A stretch of DNA of 64,000 nt, taken from Synechococcus sp. GTDB taxonomy: Bacteria; Cyanobacteriota; Cyanobacteriia; PCC-6307; Cyanobiaceae. The notes below the pieces were generated by a model that saw only the letters and a list, made by a program, of their open reading frames with translations, was not told the DNA's origin and ran no database searches. The number at the start of each line of letters is the position of its first letter. Position 1 is the stretch's first letter. This document shows, in pieces, positions 31,645-42,915 of this stretch. The stretch is taken from NCBI GenBank assembly GCA_047284725.1, contig JBJBEO010000001.1, positions 862,044 through 926,043 on the forward strand. Direction: 5' to 3'. The position numbers and the translations under genes are program-made.

Positions 31645-32088
31645 TCAGCCCGAGGCTGTCTCGCTGGTTGGCATCGGTGAGCTTCGGATCCACTGCAGTC
31701 CGTTCGGTGCCACAAGGGTGCTCTGGTGGCCGCCCTCACGAAACCAGCTCCCTTCACGAGGTTGAAGCGCCGGAAGGTCCATGTCCCACTGTTGGCGGAA
31801 GTAGGCCCGTTCGGCGTCTTGGCTGGCGGGGGAAGAGTGACGCCAGTGCACCAGCGTGAGTTCAATCGCTTGGATTGACACCACGGCCAGGCGTTCTCCC
31901 TCGCTGCTACCGGCAACGATCTGCTCGTCCACGTTTTCCTGGCTGATGAACAGCCTGAGCCTGCTGCTGGTGTCGCGGCCGTCGAGTGGATACTTGCTGA
32001 GGTACAGCGAACGTGCCCGTTTGAACAAGGCAGATGGCGCTCGTTGCATCAGGCTTTCAAAGGCCTGTTGAAGCCTGGTGCTTGGCAT
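31645..32088 (-). CDS. Hypothetical protein
   Basis: Only the C-terminal 147 codons of the 348-codon tracked ORF look protein-like (MPSTRLQQAFESLMQRAPSALF...). The upstream part is Arg/Pro/His-rich antisense-type sequence. Confidence 0.5.
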   Translation of the reverse strand: MPSTRLQQAFESLMQRAPSALFKRARSLYLSKYPLDGRDTSSRLRLFISQENVDEQIVAGSSEGERLAVVSIQAIELTLVHWRHSSPASQDAERAYFRQQWDMDLPALQPREGSWFREGGHQSTLVAPNGLQWIRSSPMPTSETASG

Positions 32089-32136
32089 CGGCACGGTGAC
32101 CTGAGTGATACTGGTGACAGTTTGCCGTCTGGACCA

Positions 32137-32373
32137 GTGGGAGAGCGTCGTCGGCTTCGCTATCGACTCGTTGCACTGGATGGCAGCCCCCATCCTGTGC
32201 TCGACGCTCCCTATGAGTCGATGGAAGCGGCGGCGGCGGCGGCGCAGCGTTGGTGTACGGGGCAGGGGCGCCAGTTGGCGATGGGGGACAACGGAATTGG
32301 CGTGGAGGTGCAGACCAGCTGTGGTGCATGGCGTACGGTCGACTACCCCCTCAGTTGCCTGCGATCCCGCTAG
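32137..32373 (+). CDS. Small hypothetical protein
   Basis: Protein-like segment LRYRLVALDGSPHPVLDAPYESMEAAAAAAQRWC.... The start is uncertain (GTG at 32137 or ATG at 32044). Confidence 0.35.
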   Translation: MGERRRLRYRLVALDGSPHPVLDAPYESMEAAAAAAQRWCTGQGRQLAMGDNGIGVEVQTSCGAWRTVDYPLSCLRSR

Positions 32374-32399
32374 ACCAGGGCTGCGAGTGGCTGGCTGTG

Positions 32400-32708
32400 A
32401 TGTGGGTGAGCGTGGATCTGTGTGTGGTGCCCCTGGGGGTGGGCGTGTCGTTGGCTCCCTATGTGGCGGCCTGTCAGCGCGAGATTGAGCGGGCTGGCCT
32501 GGAGCATGAGCTCGGCCCCAACGGCACGGCGATTGAGGGTGACTGGGATGCGGTGTTCGCCTGTGTGCAGGCCTGTCACGCCGCGGTGCATGCCCTAGGA
32601 GCCCCTCGGGTCTACACCACGCTGAAGCTGAACACCCGCACCGATCGGCAGCAGAGCTTCCGCGACAAGGTGGCCAGTGTCCAGGCCGCATCGGACGCTC
32701 GTCCCTAA
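32400..32708 (+). CDS. MTH1187/YkoF-family (thiamine-binding-like) protein
   Basis: MWVSVDLCVVPLGVGVSLAPYVAACQREIERAGLEHELGPNGTAIEGDWD matches the roughly 100-aa family pattern. Confidence 0.75.
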   Translation: MWVSVDLCVVPLGVGVSLAPYVAACQREIERAGLEHELGPNGTAIEGDWDAVFACVQACHAAVHALGAPRVYTTLKLNTRTDRQQSFRDKVASVQAASDARP

Positions 32709-32812
32709 GGAGGGGTTGGCGTTCTCGAGGCTTGAAAACCGGAGAACTTCCAACGAAATGAGGCCCAATCCCCTGACAACGGGTCCAATGAGACCAGGAA
32801 TGGGATCAATGA

Positions 32813-33331
32813 ATGGTGAGGTTTCGTTCCTTTGGACTGCCCTTGGCGCTGGGGTTGATTCTTGGTGTGGGGGCTGGTCCTGAGGTCAGGGCTGAAACCT
32901 GGGATCGCATCGGCAGCTTTGCGGCCACGCTCCGTCGGGCGGGCACGTCCACGCTCGTGGCTCGCGATTGCCCAAGCAGTCTTCTTGGTGCTTTCCACTC
33001 CCAACGCAATGCTCTGCTGATCTGTGCCAACAATCTCCCCAATGATCCGGTGGAGATTTGGGGGGTGTTGGCCCATGAGGCCGCCCATGTGATGCAGCAC
33101 TGTCGGGGCGGGCCGCTGCTCGTTGATGGCCAGCTTGAACGCGCGATCGCCCGGGTGCAGGCCAGATCGCCACAGATTTTGAAGGAGCTGAAGCTTTATC
33201 ACCGCAGCCAGTATCGCGATGAAGTGGAGGCACGCCTGGTTCAGACGCTGCCTGCCGACCAGGTGGAGGCTCTCTTCGCACGGTTCTGCGCTGATCGCCT
33301 TGCTTCCCCCTTGGAGGACCCAGCTCTCTAG
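32813..33331 (+). CDS. Secreted protein with HExxH motif (DUF4157-like metallopeptidase signature)
   Basis: Signal peptide (FGLPLALGLILGVGAGPEVRA/E) and LAHEAAHVMQH. Confidence 0.7.
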   Translation: MVRFRSFGLPLALGLILGVGAGPEVRAETWDRIGSFAATLRRAGTSTLVARDCPSSLLGAFHSQRNALLICANNLPNDPVEIWGVLAHEAAHVMQHCRGGPLLVDGQLERAIARVQARSPQILKELKLYHRSQYRDEVEARLVQTLPADQVEALFARFCADRLASPLEDPAL

Positions 33332-33379
33332 GGGAGCGACGCCTCCGTCGTCAGGCGACTGAAGCCGCGCTTCTACCGT

Positions 33380-33811
33380 GTGGTGGCGAAGATCGGGCCG
33401 GCAGCCATGAACACCAGTGTGCGCGGTTATTGGACCATGACCTGGTTGGGGTTGGTGGGCAATGTGCTCGCCCTGCCTCTGATCGCCTGGTTTGCCTTTT
33501 TCACCCCTGAGGCCTTCAGGGTCGCCAATGTCAGCCTGGCGTTTGCATTGGCCTGGCCCGCTGCGGTGGTGGGGATCGTGGCGTCGGCCGGGTTGTTGGC
33601 GGCGCGCCGCTGGGGCTCCGTCGTGGCGCTCGTGGCCTTGTCGATGGCCCTGGCGGCCTCTCTTCCCTACGGCATCGTGCGTTTTGCGCTGTATTGGATC
33701 GGCGGTGATGCCTGGTCGATGGGTGCCATCGCCGTCCTGTTGGCGCTCTTGAATCTGCTGGCGTTGCTGTACTGGTGCCAGCCCTCGTTGCGTCGGGGTG
33801 GGCCGCTCTAA
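33380..33811 (+). CDS. Hypothetical four-span membrane protein
   Basis: Four clear hydrophobic spans. The start may be the internal ATG (MNTSV). Confidence 0.65.
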   Translation: MVAKIGPAAMNTSVRGYWTMTWLGLVGNVLALPLIAWFAFFTPEAFRVANVSLAFALAWPAAVVGIVASAGLLAARRWGSVVALVALSMALAASLPYGIVRFALYWIGGDAWSMGAIAVLLALLNLLALLYWCQPSLRRGGPL

Positions 33812-34459
33812 ATGCCCAGTCTTGGCGGCTGTCCTTTGCTGTACAGCGATCCATGGCTGCTGGTGGTGGACAAACCGGCGGGTTTGCTCTGTCAGCCGGG
33901 TCTTGGCCCTGCACTGGCCGATTCCTTGATCAGTCGTCTGCAGCTTGAGGAGCCGGGCTTGCGCTTGATTCATCGCCTCGATCGCGACACGTCAGGTCTG
34001 CTGCTGGTGGCTCGCTGTGCTGAGGCCTTGTCGACCTTCAGCACAGCCTTCGCTCACCGCCGCATTCACAAGTTGTATGTGGCTGATGTTTGTGCTGATC
34101 CGCCTGCCCTCTCTGGTGTTGTGGATGCTCCCTTGGCGCGGTTGCAGCGCTCACCGCCCCGCTATGGGCCCCATCCCCAGGGGCGTCCCAGTCGGACGCG
34201 CTGGCGTTCCTGGGCTTGGTCCAATGGTGGCCGGCGGCTGTGGCTTCAACCCCTCACAGGTCGGTCTCATCAGTTGCGGGCCCACCTTGCTGACCTGGCT
34301 TGCCCGATTCAGGGGGATCCGATCTATGGCTGCACTGGCGAGCCCTGCGCATCGGGGCGCATGCATCTGCACGCCACAGCCCTGAGTCTGCGCCATCCCT
34401 TCAGTGGTGAACGGTTGCGATGCCGCAGTGAAGTGCCGTTTCGGCGCTTACCGGTGTGA
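33812..34459 (+). CDS. RluA-family pseudouridine synthase
   Basis: Catalytic motif HRLDRDTSGLLLVAR and C-terminal HQLRAH. Confidence 0.88.
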   Translation: MPSLGGCPLLYSDPWLLVVDKPAGLLCQPGLGPALADSLISRLQLEEPGLRLIHRLDRDTSGLLLVARCAEALSTFSTAFAHRRIHKLYVADVCADPPALSGVVDAPLARLQRSPPRYGPHPQGRPSRTRWRSWAWSNGGRRLWLQPLTGRSHQLRAHLADLACPIQGDPIYGCTGEPCASGRMHLHATALSLRHPFSGERLRCRSEVPFRRLPV

Positions 34460-34487
34460 TGAGTGAGTCAGCGTTGTGTCTGATCCT

Positions 34488-36617
34488 TCAGGCCGGGAAG
34501 CCCCGTTTGTAACTGGGGATTGGATAGGGGATGCGGCGATGACGCATGCGCCGCCACACCCTCACAAAGGCGCGAATCACGAGCTCCAGTTCAGCGCGAC
34601 TGAGGCTGCTCAACTGCAGCTGTCCATCCCACTGCCGGGCCTCCACAATGCGACGCACTGTGCGTTTGGCATCGGCATCACTGGTGTCGGGGGGCAGGGA
34701 CCGGAGGGCGGCTTCGCAGCCATCGGCCAGCATCAGGATCCCCGTTTCCCGTGACCGTGGGCGTGGTCCCTTGTAGCGGAAGCGGGCTTCAGGGATGGCG
34801 GGGTCGGCTTCCCGTGCCTTATGCAGGAAATAGCCCATCTTCAGTGTGCCCTGGTGCTCTGGAATGAAGTCGGCCAGGGGGCGGGGCAGGCGATGGCGGC
34901 GCGCCAGTTTCAGTCCTTCATCCACATGGGCCTGGAGAACCCCGGCACTGGCCAAGGGGTCGTTCAACCGATCGTGGGGGTTGACCGCATCACCCACCTG
35001 ATTCTCGATAAACCATTCCGGCGCATGCAGCTTGCCCACATCGTGATAGAGGGAACCGGTTCGGATCAAGTCAATATCGGCGCCGATGGCCCTGGCCCCT
35101 TCCTCCGCCAGGCCACAGATCATCAAGGTGTGTTCGAAGGTGCCTGGCGCTTCTGAGGACAGGCGGCGGAGCAGCGGGCGCTCTTGGTCGGCCAGTTCCA
35201 TCAGCCGGGCCCTGGTGAGCAGGCCGAAGGAGCTTTCCAGGATGGGCAGCAACAGGATGGCCACCATCAACAGAATGCCCAGCAGCAAGGCTTCTGAAGC
35301 GAGCTCGCCGGCGTCAGGTGCTAATCGTGTCCAGGCGCTGACGCCGGCATTGATCTGGCTGCGCAGCAACAACCACTTCACCGCGAGGGCTGCCAAGGGC
35401 AGCACCACGGTCAGTTGGAGCAGCTGGGCACGACTGCGCACGCGGCCGGCTTGAAGGGCCGCTACCACGGCAATCGCCGCTGCGATCATCAGCCGACCTT
35501 CCCCCAGACCATTCACCGGTTGCGGCCACAGCAGGCTGGCAATGGCCAGCCAGGCCAGGCCACAGCTGGTGCCCAGCCCCTGGGCCAGCAGCAGCGTGGG
35601 GGGCACCAGCAGCGCAAGAGGACTCACCGCCGCGCCGAACCAGATCTTGCTGCCCTGCACTAGCAACAGCAGCCCCAGGGCCAGCAGGCCGTGGGACTGC
35701 TCCAGGCAGGGACGCTCACGCCGCATGATCAGCAGCATCACGGCGCAACCCGCCAATGCTTCCGTGAAGCGAGCCAGCCAGATCTCCAGCCTGGGGCTGC
35801 GGCTCACAAACCCGAAGTAATCGAGCACGTCGTAGGCCTGGGGGCTGATCGGCTCTCCTTTGCTGGTGATCAGGCTGCCCTTGGTCACCTTGATGGGGGG
35901 AACGCCTTGCTGCGTAATCAAGGTTTCGATCTTGCGCTGGCTCAGCAGAGCGTCGGTGCGCAGATTGCTCGAGCCCTGAAAGGCCGTGGCGAGGAGCTTG
36001 CTGCCGATGGTGCGGGCGGGGGTGCTGGCGTCCCCGAGTTCCTCCAGTTGGAGCGACGCCGCATCGCGTAGTTCGCTCACCGCCAGGCTGTTGACCAGGC
36101 CTTGGCTCAGCATGCGTTTCGCCGCCTTGCGCACTGCTTGATGCCACTGTTCTGTGGTTTGCGGCGTCTGGTTGGTGAGCCAGAGCTGTTCCACAGGGGT
36201 GAGATTCACGGGCCCGACGCGATCAGCTTCGTCGCTGCGGGCCACCCGCTCCAGTTCGCTCAACTGACGTTCGAGACGCTCACGCAGGCGTTGGCTTTCC
36301 TGTTGGTCAATGACCTGGACAAAGGTGTGAGGGACCAGGCTGGAGCGGCGTTGCTCCAGGGCCTCGCTGTCGGGAACCAGGGCGTCTTTGGGGGCGACTT
36401 CATCAAAGGGAGCGGGCATGCCTGGGCGCAGATTCGGCTCCACCAGCCATGGCCAGCTCGACACCATGGCCACCAGCAGACAAACCAGAAGAAGACCGGC
36501 TTTTTGCGATCGCTTCCACCGCAGCACGGGCCGTCGGGGGGATTCATTGCGCAACCAGCTTTGCCAGAGCCGATGCAGGCGATGAAGGCGTGCCACAGCA
36601 GGGTGCGTTGAATTCAA
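34488..36617 (-). CDS. 7TM-receptor-type HD/HDIG phosphohydrolase (PgpH-like)
   Basis: Extracellular N-domain, a seven-span hydrophobic block, then an HD domain (FEHTLMI...SLYHDVGKL...HVDEG). Confidence 0.88.
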   Translation of the reverse strand: MNSTHPAVARLHRLHRLWQSWLRNESPRRPVLRWKRSQKAGLLLVCLLVAMVSSWPWLVEPNLRPGMPAPFDEVAPKDALVPDSEALEQRRSSLVPHTFVQVIDQQESQRLRERLERQLSELERVARSDEADRVGPVNLTPVEQLWLTNQTPQTTEQWHQAVRKAAKRMLSQGLVNSLAVSELRDAASLQLEELGDASTPARTIGSKLLATAFQGSSNLRTDALLSQRKIETLITQQGVPPIKVTKGSLITSKGEPISPQAYDVLDYFGFVSRSPRLEIWLARFTEALAGCAVMLLIMRRERPCLEQSHGLLALGLLLLVQGSKIWFGAAVSPLALLVPPTLLLAQGLGTSCGLAWLAIASLLWPQPVNGLGEGRLMIAAAIAVVAALQAGRVRSRAQLLQLTVVLPLAALAVKWLLLRSQINAGVSAWTRLAPDAGELASEALLLGILLMVAILLLPILESSFGLLTRARLMELADQERPLLRRLSSEAPGTFEHTLMICGLAEEGARAIGADIDLIRTGSLYHDVGKLHAPEWFIENQVGDAVNPHDRLNDPLASAGVLQAHVDEGLKLARRHRLPRPLADFIPEHQGTLKMGYFLHKAREADPAIPEARFRYKGPRPRSRETGILMLADGCEAALRSLPPDTSDADAKRTVRRIVEARQWDGQLQLSSLSRAELELVIRAFVRVWRRMRHRRIPYPIPSYKRGFPA

Positions 36618-36639
36618 ACGCTAGCTCCAACGAGCGGGC

Positions 36640-37575
36640 ATGCTGGAAGCAGTGATGACCTCGCCCATGGCCCTGAGGTTGGATGGCAAACAACTCGCCT
36701 CAGAGTTGGAAATCCGTCTTCGGCGGGAGATCGAGGTCGCAACCGTGCACGCGGGGCGACCTCCAGGGCTGGCGGTGCTTCGGGTGGGTGATGACCCCGC
36801 CAGCGGGGTCTACGTGGCCAACAAAGAAAAAGCCTGCGCGCGCATCGGCGTGGCGAGCTACGGCTCCCACCTGCCTGGCTCCAGTTCCCAGCACGACGTG
36901 CTGGCCGCCATCGCTTCCCTCAACACTGATGAGCGCGTTGACGGCATTCTGCTGCAGCTTCCCTTGCCTTCAGGCCTTGACGAGGGGCCTCTGCTGGCGG
37001 CGATTGACCCCGACAAAGACGCCGATGGCTTGCACACCCTCAACCTTGGTCGCCTCCTCAAAGGTGAACCGGGGCCGCGCAGCTGCACCCCGGCCGGAGT
37101 GATGGCGCTTCTGGCCCGTCAGCAGGTGCCGCTTGAGGGAAAACGGGCTGTCGTGGTTGGCCGCAGCATTCTGGTGGGACAGCCGATGGCCCTGATGTTG
37201 CAGGCGGCCAATGCCACGGTGACGGTGGCCCATTCCCGTACCACCAATTTGGCGGAGATCACCCGGCAAGCGGATGTGCTGGTGGTGGCGGCCGGTCGGC
37301 CACGGATGATCGGTGCCGACCACGTGCGTCCCGGTGCCGTTGTGGTGGATGTGGGCATTCACCGGTTACCTCCACCCGCCGATGCTCCTGAAGGCACCAG
37401 AGCGAAGCTCTGCGGCGATGTGCGCGCTGAGGAGCTCGAGTCGATCGCCTCGGCTCTTTCGCCAGTGCCCGGCGGCGTTGGCCCGATGACCGTGACGATG
37501 CTGCTGGTCAATACCGTGGTGGCCTGGGCGAAGCGCCATGGCATCAGCCATGGTCTCGGGGATCTGGTGGTTTGA
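36640..37575 (+). CDS. folD: Bifunctional methylenetetrahydrofolate dehydrogenase/cyclohydrolase
   Basis: [60 protein letters not shown]. Confidence 0.93.
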   Translation: MLEAVMTSPMALRLDGKQLASELEIRLRREIEVATVHAGRPPGLAVLRVGDDPASGVYVANKEKACARIGVASYGSHLPGSSSQHDVLAAIASLNTDERVDGILLQLPLPSGLDEGPLLAAIDPDKDADGLHTLNLGRLLKGEPGPRSCTPAGVMALLARQQVPLEGKRAVVVGRSILVGQPMALMLQAANATVTVAHSRTTNLAEITRQADVLVVAAGRPRMIGADHVRPGAVVVDVGIHRLPPPADAPEGTRAKLCGDVRAEELESIASALSPVPGGVGPMTVTMLLVNTVVAWAKRHGISHGLGDLVV

Positions 37576-37633
37576 GTTGGCGCCAACGCAACTCGTTCTG
37601 TGTCCAGCCCCCCACGCTTGTCCCTTGGCCTGA

Positions 37634-39128
<1,495 letters not shown>

Positions 39129-39132
<4 letters not shown>

Positions 39133-40628
39133 CCGATCCAAACGATCACGGAACCAGCAGCATCAATGCTGCCGACCTCACGGCAGATCAGCGGGAGGCA
39201 GCTGCTGCCTTCAGCCAATGGCTGGCCAGTGCCGAGCATGGTGTTCCCTTTGTGCTCAGCGGTTTTGCCGGCAGCGGTAAGACGTTTCTGTCGATGCGAC
39301 TGCTACGCATGGTGGAGGCCACCGGCCTCTGCTGGACGGTGGTGGCTCCTACCCACAAGGCGGTGGGGGTGCTGCGTCAGGCGCTGGCCTTGGAGGGTCT
39401 GCAGCCCACCTGGTACCCCTCCACCATCCACCGGCTCCTTCGTCTCAAGCTCAAGCGCCAGGGTGATCGCGAAGTGTGCGAGCCCACCGAACAGACCGCC
39501 ATGGCCCTTGAACATCTCGGGCTGGTGCTGATCGATGAGGCGTCCATGGTCGACAGCAGCTTGCTGTCGATCGCCCTGCAATGTGCCCATCCCTTCCGGA
39601 CGCGGCTGGTGTTTGTGGGGGATCCGGCCCAGTTGCCGCCTGTCGGGGAAGCCGATAGCCCCGTGTTTTCCATGGATCGGGTCAGTGCTTCCTGCCTCAC
39701 GGAGGTGGTGCGCCATCAGGGTCCGGTGCTGCAGCTTGCCAGCTGTCTGCGGGATGGACGCTTGGCCTGTGAACGTCCGCCCCTGTTGCCAGCCGTCTCC
39801 ACCGCGATGGGCAGCGTCGCCAGCCTTGACCGTGCCGCTTGGCTGGTGCGGGCCAAGGAGGCGTTGAAGCAGGCCTCTGTGAGCGATAACCCTGATGCCG
39901 CTCGGATTCTCTGCTGGACCAACCGCAGCCTTGAGGAGCTCGTGCCCCATGCCCGCCGGGCCATCCATGGCGTGATGGCGGATCAAATGCCGGTCCTGCC
40001 GGGGGAGGTGTTGATCACCCGCACGGCGGTGATGGCTCCGGCCTCCCGGGATGGCGGTGAAACCGGGGAGGAACCCGATCTGGTGCTGGGCTCCAACCGT
40101 GAGCTCGTGGTGGAGGATGTGAGCCCGGAACGTTGTGATCTGGCGGATTTCGGCCTCAGTGATGCGGAACTCCATGGCGGTCAACTGACCCTCGACGGCC
40201 TTGGGTCTCCGGTGATTGACACCCTCAATGCCCGTGTGCGTTGCGGAGACTTGGAACTAACCTTGCGGATGCTTCCAGCCGTTGGCAGCGAGGCACGCCA
40301 GCAGTTGGATCGGGTGATGCAGCGGCTGCGCACCCAGGCCCGGGACGCCGGCAAGCGCAACGGCCGTTCGCTTTGGCGGCGATTCTTTCTGCTGCGTGAT
40401 GCTTTTGCCTCGCTCGGTCCAGCCGCAGTCCTTACCGTGCATCGCAGTCAGGGCAGCAGTTTCGGTGAGGTCTTTGTCGCTGATGACGTGTTCTGGCCCC
40501 AAGACCGGGCCTTGCGCCGACAACTCGTGTACGTGGCGGTGAGCCGGGCTCGCCATGGGGTTTATCTGGTGGGACGCCCATCCAACGATCCAGAAACCTG
40601 GAAGCAGGCTCTTGCTGAGACCCCCTAG
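39129..40628 (+). CDS. RecD-like superfamily 1 DNA helicase
   Basis: Walker A (GFAGSGKTF), Walker B (LVLIDEASMVD), VGDPAQLPPV, and C-terminal LTVHRSQGSSF. Confidence 0.85.
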
Positions 40629-40810
40629 TCCGTCCTCAGTTGTTCGTTTCGATTCACTGTTTTGGTCAAGGGCTCGCTTGTTGTCACGTTGACTGATTGA
40701 TCAGGTCTGAAGTCGCAATCGACTTGCCTCCTCGCTTCCTACGAGGCGAAGAGGCGGTCAGAGTGAAGAACGAGCCTGACGACTGAGGTGAAGAGCGTTT
40801 CTGATTCAAC

Positions 40811-41556
40811 CTACGAACGGTTGCGGTACCAATTGAAAAGCCAGTCGCTCAAACGTTTGCGTTGACCGGAGGGCAAAGATTCATTGGAGATGGCTCTTTG
40901 CTCTGGATCCTGTTCGTTGACAACTGTTGAGGGAGTGAAGGAGTTGTCGAAAAGGAGGGCTGTGTCAGGCTCGTCGTTGTTCTGTTGCTCAAAACTCAGT
41001 CCAGTTTCGAGTGTCTCATTGTGCATGGCGACCAGGTAATCATCATGGGTGTAATCGCTTTCGTCGTGATGATCAGAATCGATTTGAATTCTTGTGCCTG
41101 GGGATAATGTTTCGCTCATAACACTTGATTCATGATCGGACGTGTCATGGTCCAACCCAAGTGCATGTCCGATTTCGTGCATGAAGACAGACAGAAGATC
41201 AATTTGTTGTGCTGCTTCGCTGCCGCCGAGAGCGAGTCGTGTGCCATCTGGCTGAACCTGGTATTCACTGGAATCCAAGGGAGTGGAATCGATAAACCAG
41301 CCATGTCCTGATGCATCACGATCCATGGGGATTCGGGAGTAGGAGTAACTCGCCAAAGCCATCCCATCCCATCTAAATCGTCAACTCTGATGTCCATTGA
41401 TTGGAGATCGTTGAGTTGTTGAGTGGTCATTGAATGGGATGTGGACCAGTGACGCACTGCAGCGTCGTAAACCGCTCGAATCAGATCAGGCTCTATTTCG
41501 GAGAGATCATGAACAAGGGGGGTGGTGAGGTGATGCCCCTTGTTGCCGTGCTGCCG
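40811..41556 (-). pseudogene. 5'-truncated and frameshifted fragment paralogous to the C-terminal metzincin-like module of the giant gene
   Basis: Two overlapping reading frames (41116-41457 and 40811-41362) together reproduce the module ...DIRVDDLDG / ALASYSYSRIPMDRDASGHGWFIDSTP...FMHEIGHALGLDH. Similarity runs upstream to an in-frame TGA at 41557-41559 with no credible start. Confidence 0.7.
41359..41373 (-). repeat. Pentanucleotide triplet (GATGG)x3 at the frameshift point
   Basis: The plus strand reads CCATC CCATC CCATC. Deleting one unit restores a single frame (DLDG-MALASY). Confidence 0.9.
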
Positions 41557-41841
41557 TCACCGTCAACCAAAGCTGAGAGTTGGCTGAATAGAAATCCTTT
41601 GTCATTGGTTCTGACTTCAAGTCGTCAAGCTTGCTACGGTTCCAGGCATAGAAAGAGTGCCAAATCTGTAAAACTCGTAAAAGGGGCATGCCAGTCTGGT
41701 CAACAAAGTTACAATTGAACGGTAAAGTGTCGTTTTTGGCCTGCGAATGAAGCAATGCTTGCGCAAGAGTTTTATTTTGCGACGCACTTCTCATCTCGTT
41801 ACGGTTTGCAAGATCATCCTCAGCTACGAAACTCATCCTTG

Positions 41842-42912
41842 ATGACATCACTGCCGAGTCGCAACATAGATCTCTTTTCAGCACGCGAGACGTTTTCCGA
41901 TTATTTAGTTGTTGATAGGTTTTTGCGTGACTTGGTGGGCATGCGTGGCCTGAAAACGGCCTTCGACCGACAAGTTGTCGATGCACTCGTCGATGGGCCG
42001 AAATCCATGACTGAGTTGACCAATCGCTTGGGTGCTGATCAAGCAGGAGCCCAACTCCTCTTAGGCATCCTTGCCGTAAGCGACGTGGTTGAACGAATCG
42101 GCGATAAGTTCATGTTGACGTCTAGCTTCAGGCAGGCACTCCAGTTTCGCGATCTTCTGGAAGCGAAGTTGGACTTCGCCGGTTTTGTCCTTCTTGACTT
42201 CATCGATAAGTTTGACTATTTGGTGAATGATTCTTCAAGGTTCCAGGGTGAGGCTCAACTCTTTAGATTATTTGATTACCAGAAGGCAAAGAATCCCACA
42301 GTTCAGAGCTACGCCTGGACAAAGGTTTGGATAAGGCTCACGACTTCATTGACTCGCTACGAAGCTAAAGCTGCACTCAATATCTATGATTTTGGTAAGC
42401 ACAAAAATCTGCTTGATATCGGCGGCAATAGCGGTGAGTTTGTACTTCGTATCTGCAAGGCACACGATGATATGCGTGCCACCGTGATGGATCTTCCAGT
42501 CGTCTGCGAGTTCGGTCATGATCACATCCTGGTCGAGCCAGAGCGGGAAAGAATCGGATTTTTGGCTGGTAGTGCTCTGATCGACCCGATTCCTCAGGGT
42601 TATGACCTTATCTGTTTCAAATCCATGTTGCACGATTGGCCTGATGGAGATGTTTGCCTGTTTTTGCAGCGCGCCGCTGAGGCCTTGGATCCTGGAGGGA
42701 CGCTTTTGATCTACGAACGAGCCCCTCTCGAATTCACCAAACGTTCATTGTCAATAGGGCAACTTCCCGTCTTACTTTTTTCACGCTGGTATCGCACAGA
42801 GCAATTGTACTGTGTACAACTTGAAAACCTTGGTTTTAAAGACATCAAAGTGCACTATTTGCAGCTCGACAGCCCCTTCTTCATCGTGGCAGCACAAAAA
42901 CCAGAGATTTGA
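41842..42912 (+). CDS. SAM-dependent O-methyltransferase, family 2 (with wHTH dimerisation region)
   Basis: LLDIGGNSGEFVL...VMDLPVV...SMLHDWPDGDVCLFLQRAAEALDPGGTLLIYE. The likely start is ATG 41842, inside the tracked ORF 41755-42912. Confidence 0.85.
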   Translation: MTSLPSRNIDLFSARETFSDYLVVDRFLRDLVGMRGLKTAFDRQVVDALVDGPKSMTELTNRLGADQAGAQLLLGILAVSDVVERIGDKFMLTSSFRQALQFRDLLEAKLDFAGFVLLDFIDKFDYLVNDSSRFQGEAQLFRLFDYQKAKNPTVQSYAWTKVWIRLTTSLTRYEAKAALNIYDFGKHKNLLDIGGNSGEFVLRICKAHDDMRATVMDLPVVCEFGHDHILVEPERERIGFLAGSALIDPIPQGYDLICFKSMLHDWPDGDVCLFLQRAAEALDPGGTLLIYERAPLEFTKRSLSIGQLPVLLFSRWYRTEQLYCVQLENLGFKDIKVHYLQLDSPFFIVAAQKPEI

Positions 42913-42915
42913 ATC

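Noticed and set aside
32705-33973. 422-codon minus-strand ORF
   Set aside because: It overlaps three well-formed plus-strand genes: the HExxH protein, the four-span membrane protein and the RluA start. Its composition (R, Q, H, P, G) is antisense-like.
39303-40184. 293-codon minus-strand ORF
   Set aside because: It is antisense to the RecD-like helicase gene, which has all the canonical motifs in order.
40629-40810. Possible tRNA fragment, att site or terminator at the island's left edge
   Set aside because: Only a 6-bp hairpin (AAGTCG-caat-CGACTT) without a T-tract and a weak T-loop-like string (GTTCGTTTCGATTC) are present. There is no cloverleaf and no matching repeat at the other edge that I could see.
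41434-41718. Small plus-strand ORF upstream of the O-methyltransferase (with internal ATG at 41509), considered as a possible RiPP precursor for the radical SAM enzyme
   Set aside because: Its 5' half is antisense to the metzincin-module relic. The sequence is basic and unstructured-looking, with no leader/core organisation or repeated motif. I cannot support it without conservation or expression data.
41507-41986. 159-codon minus-strand ORF
   Set aside because: It overlaps the start of the O-methyltransferase gene in antisense and has no motifs. It is probably spurious.
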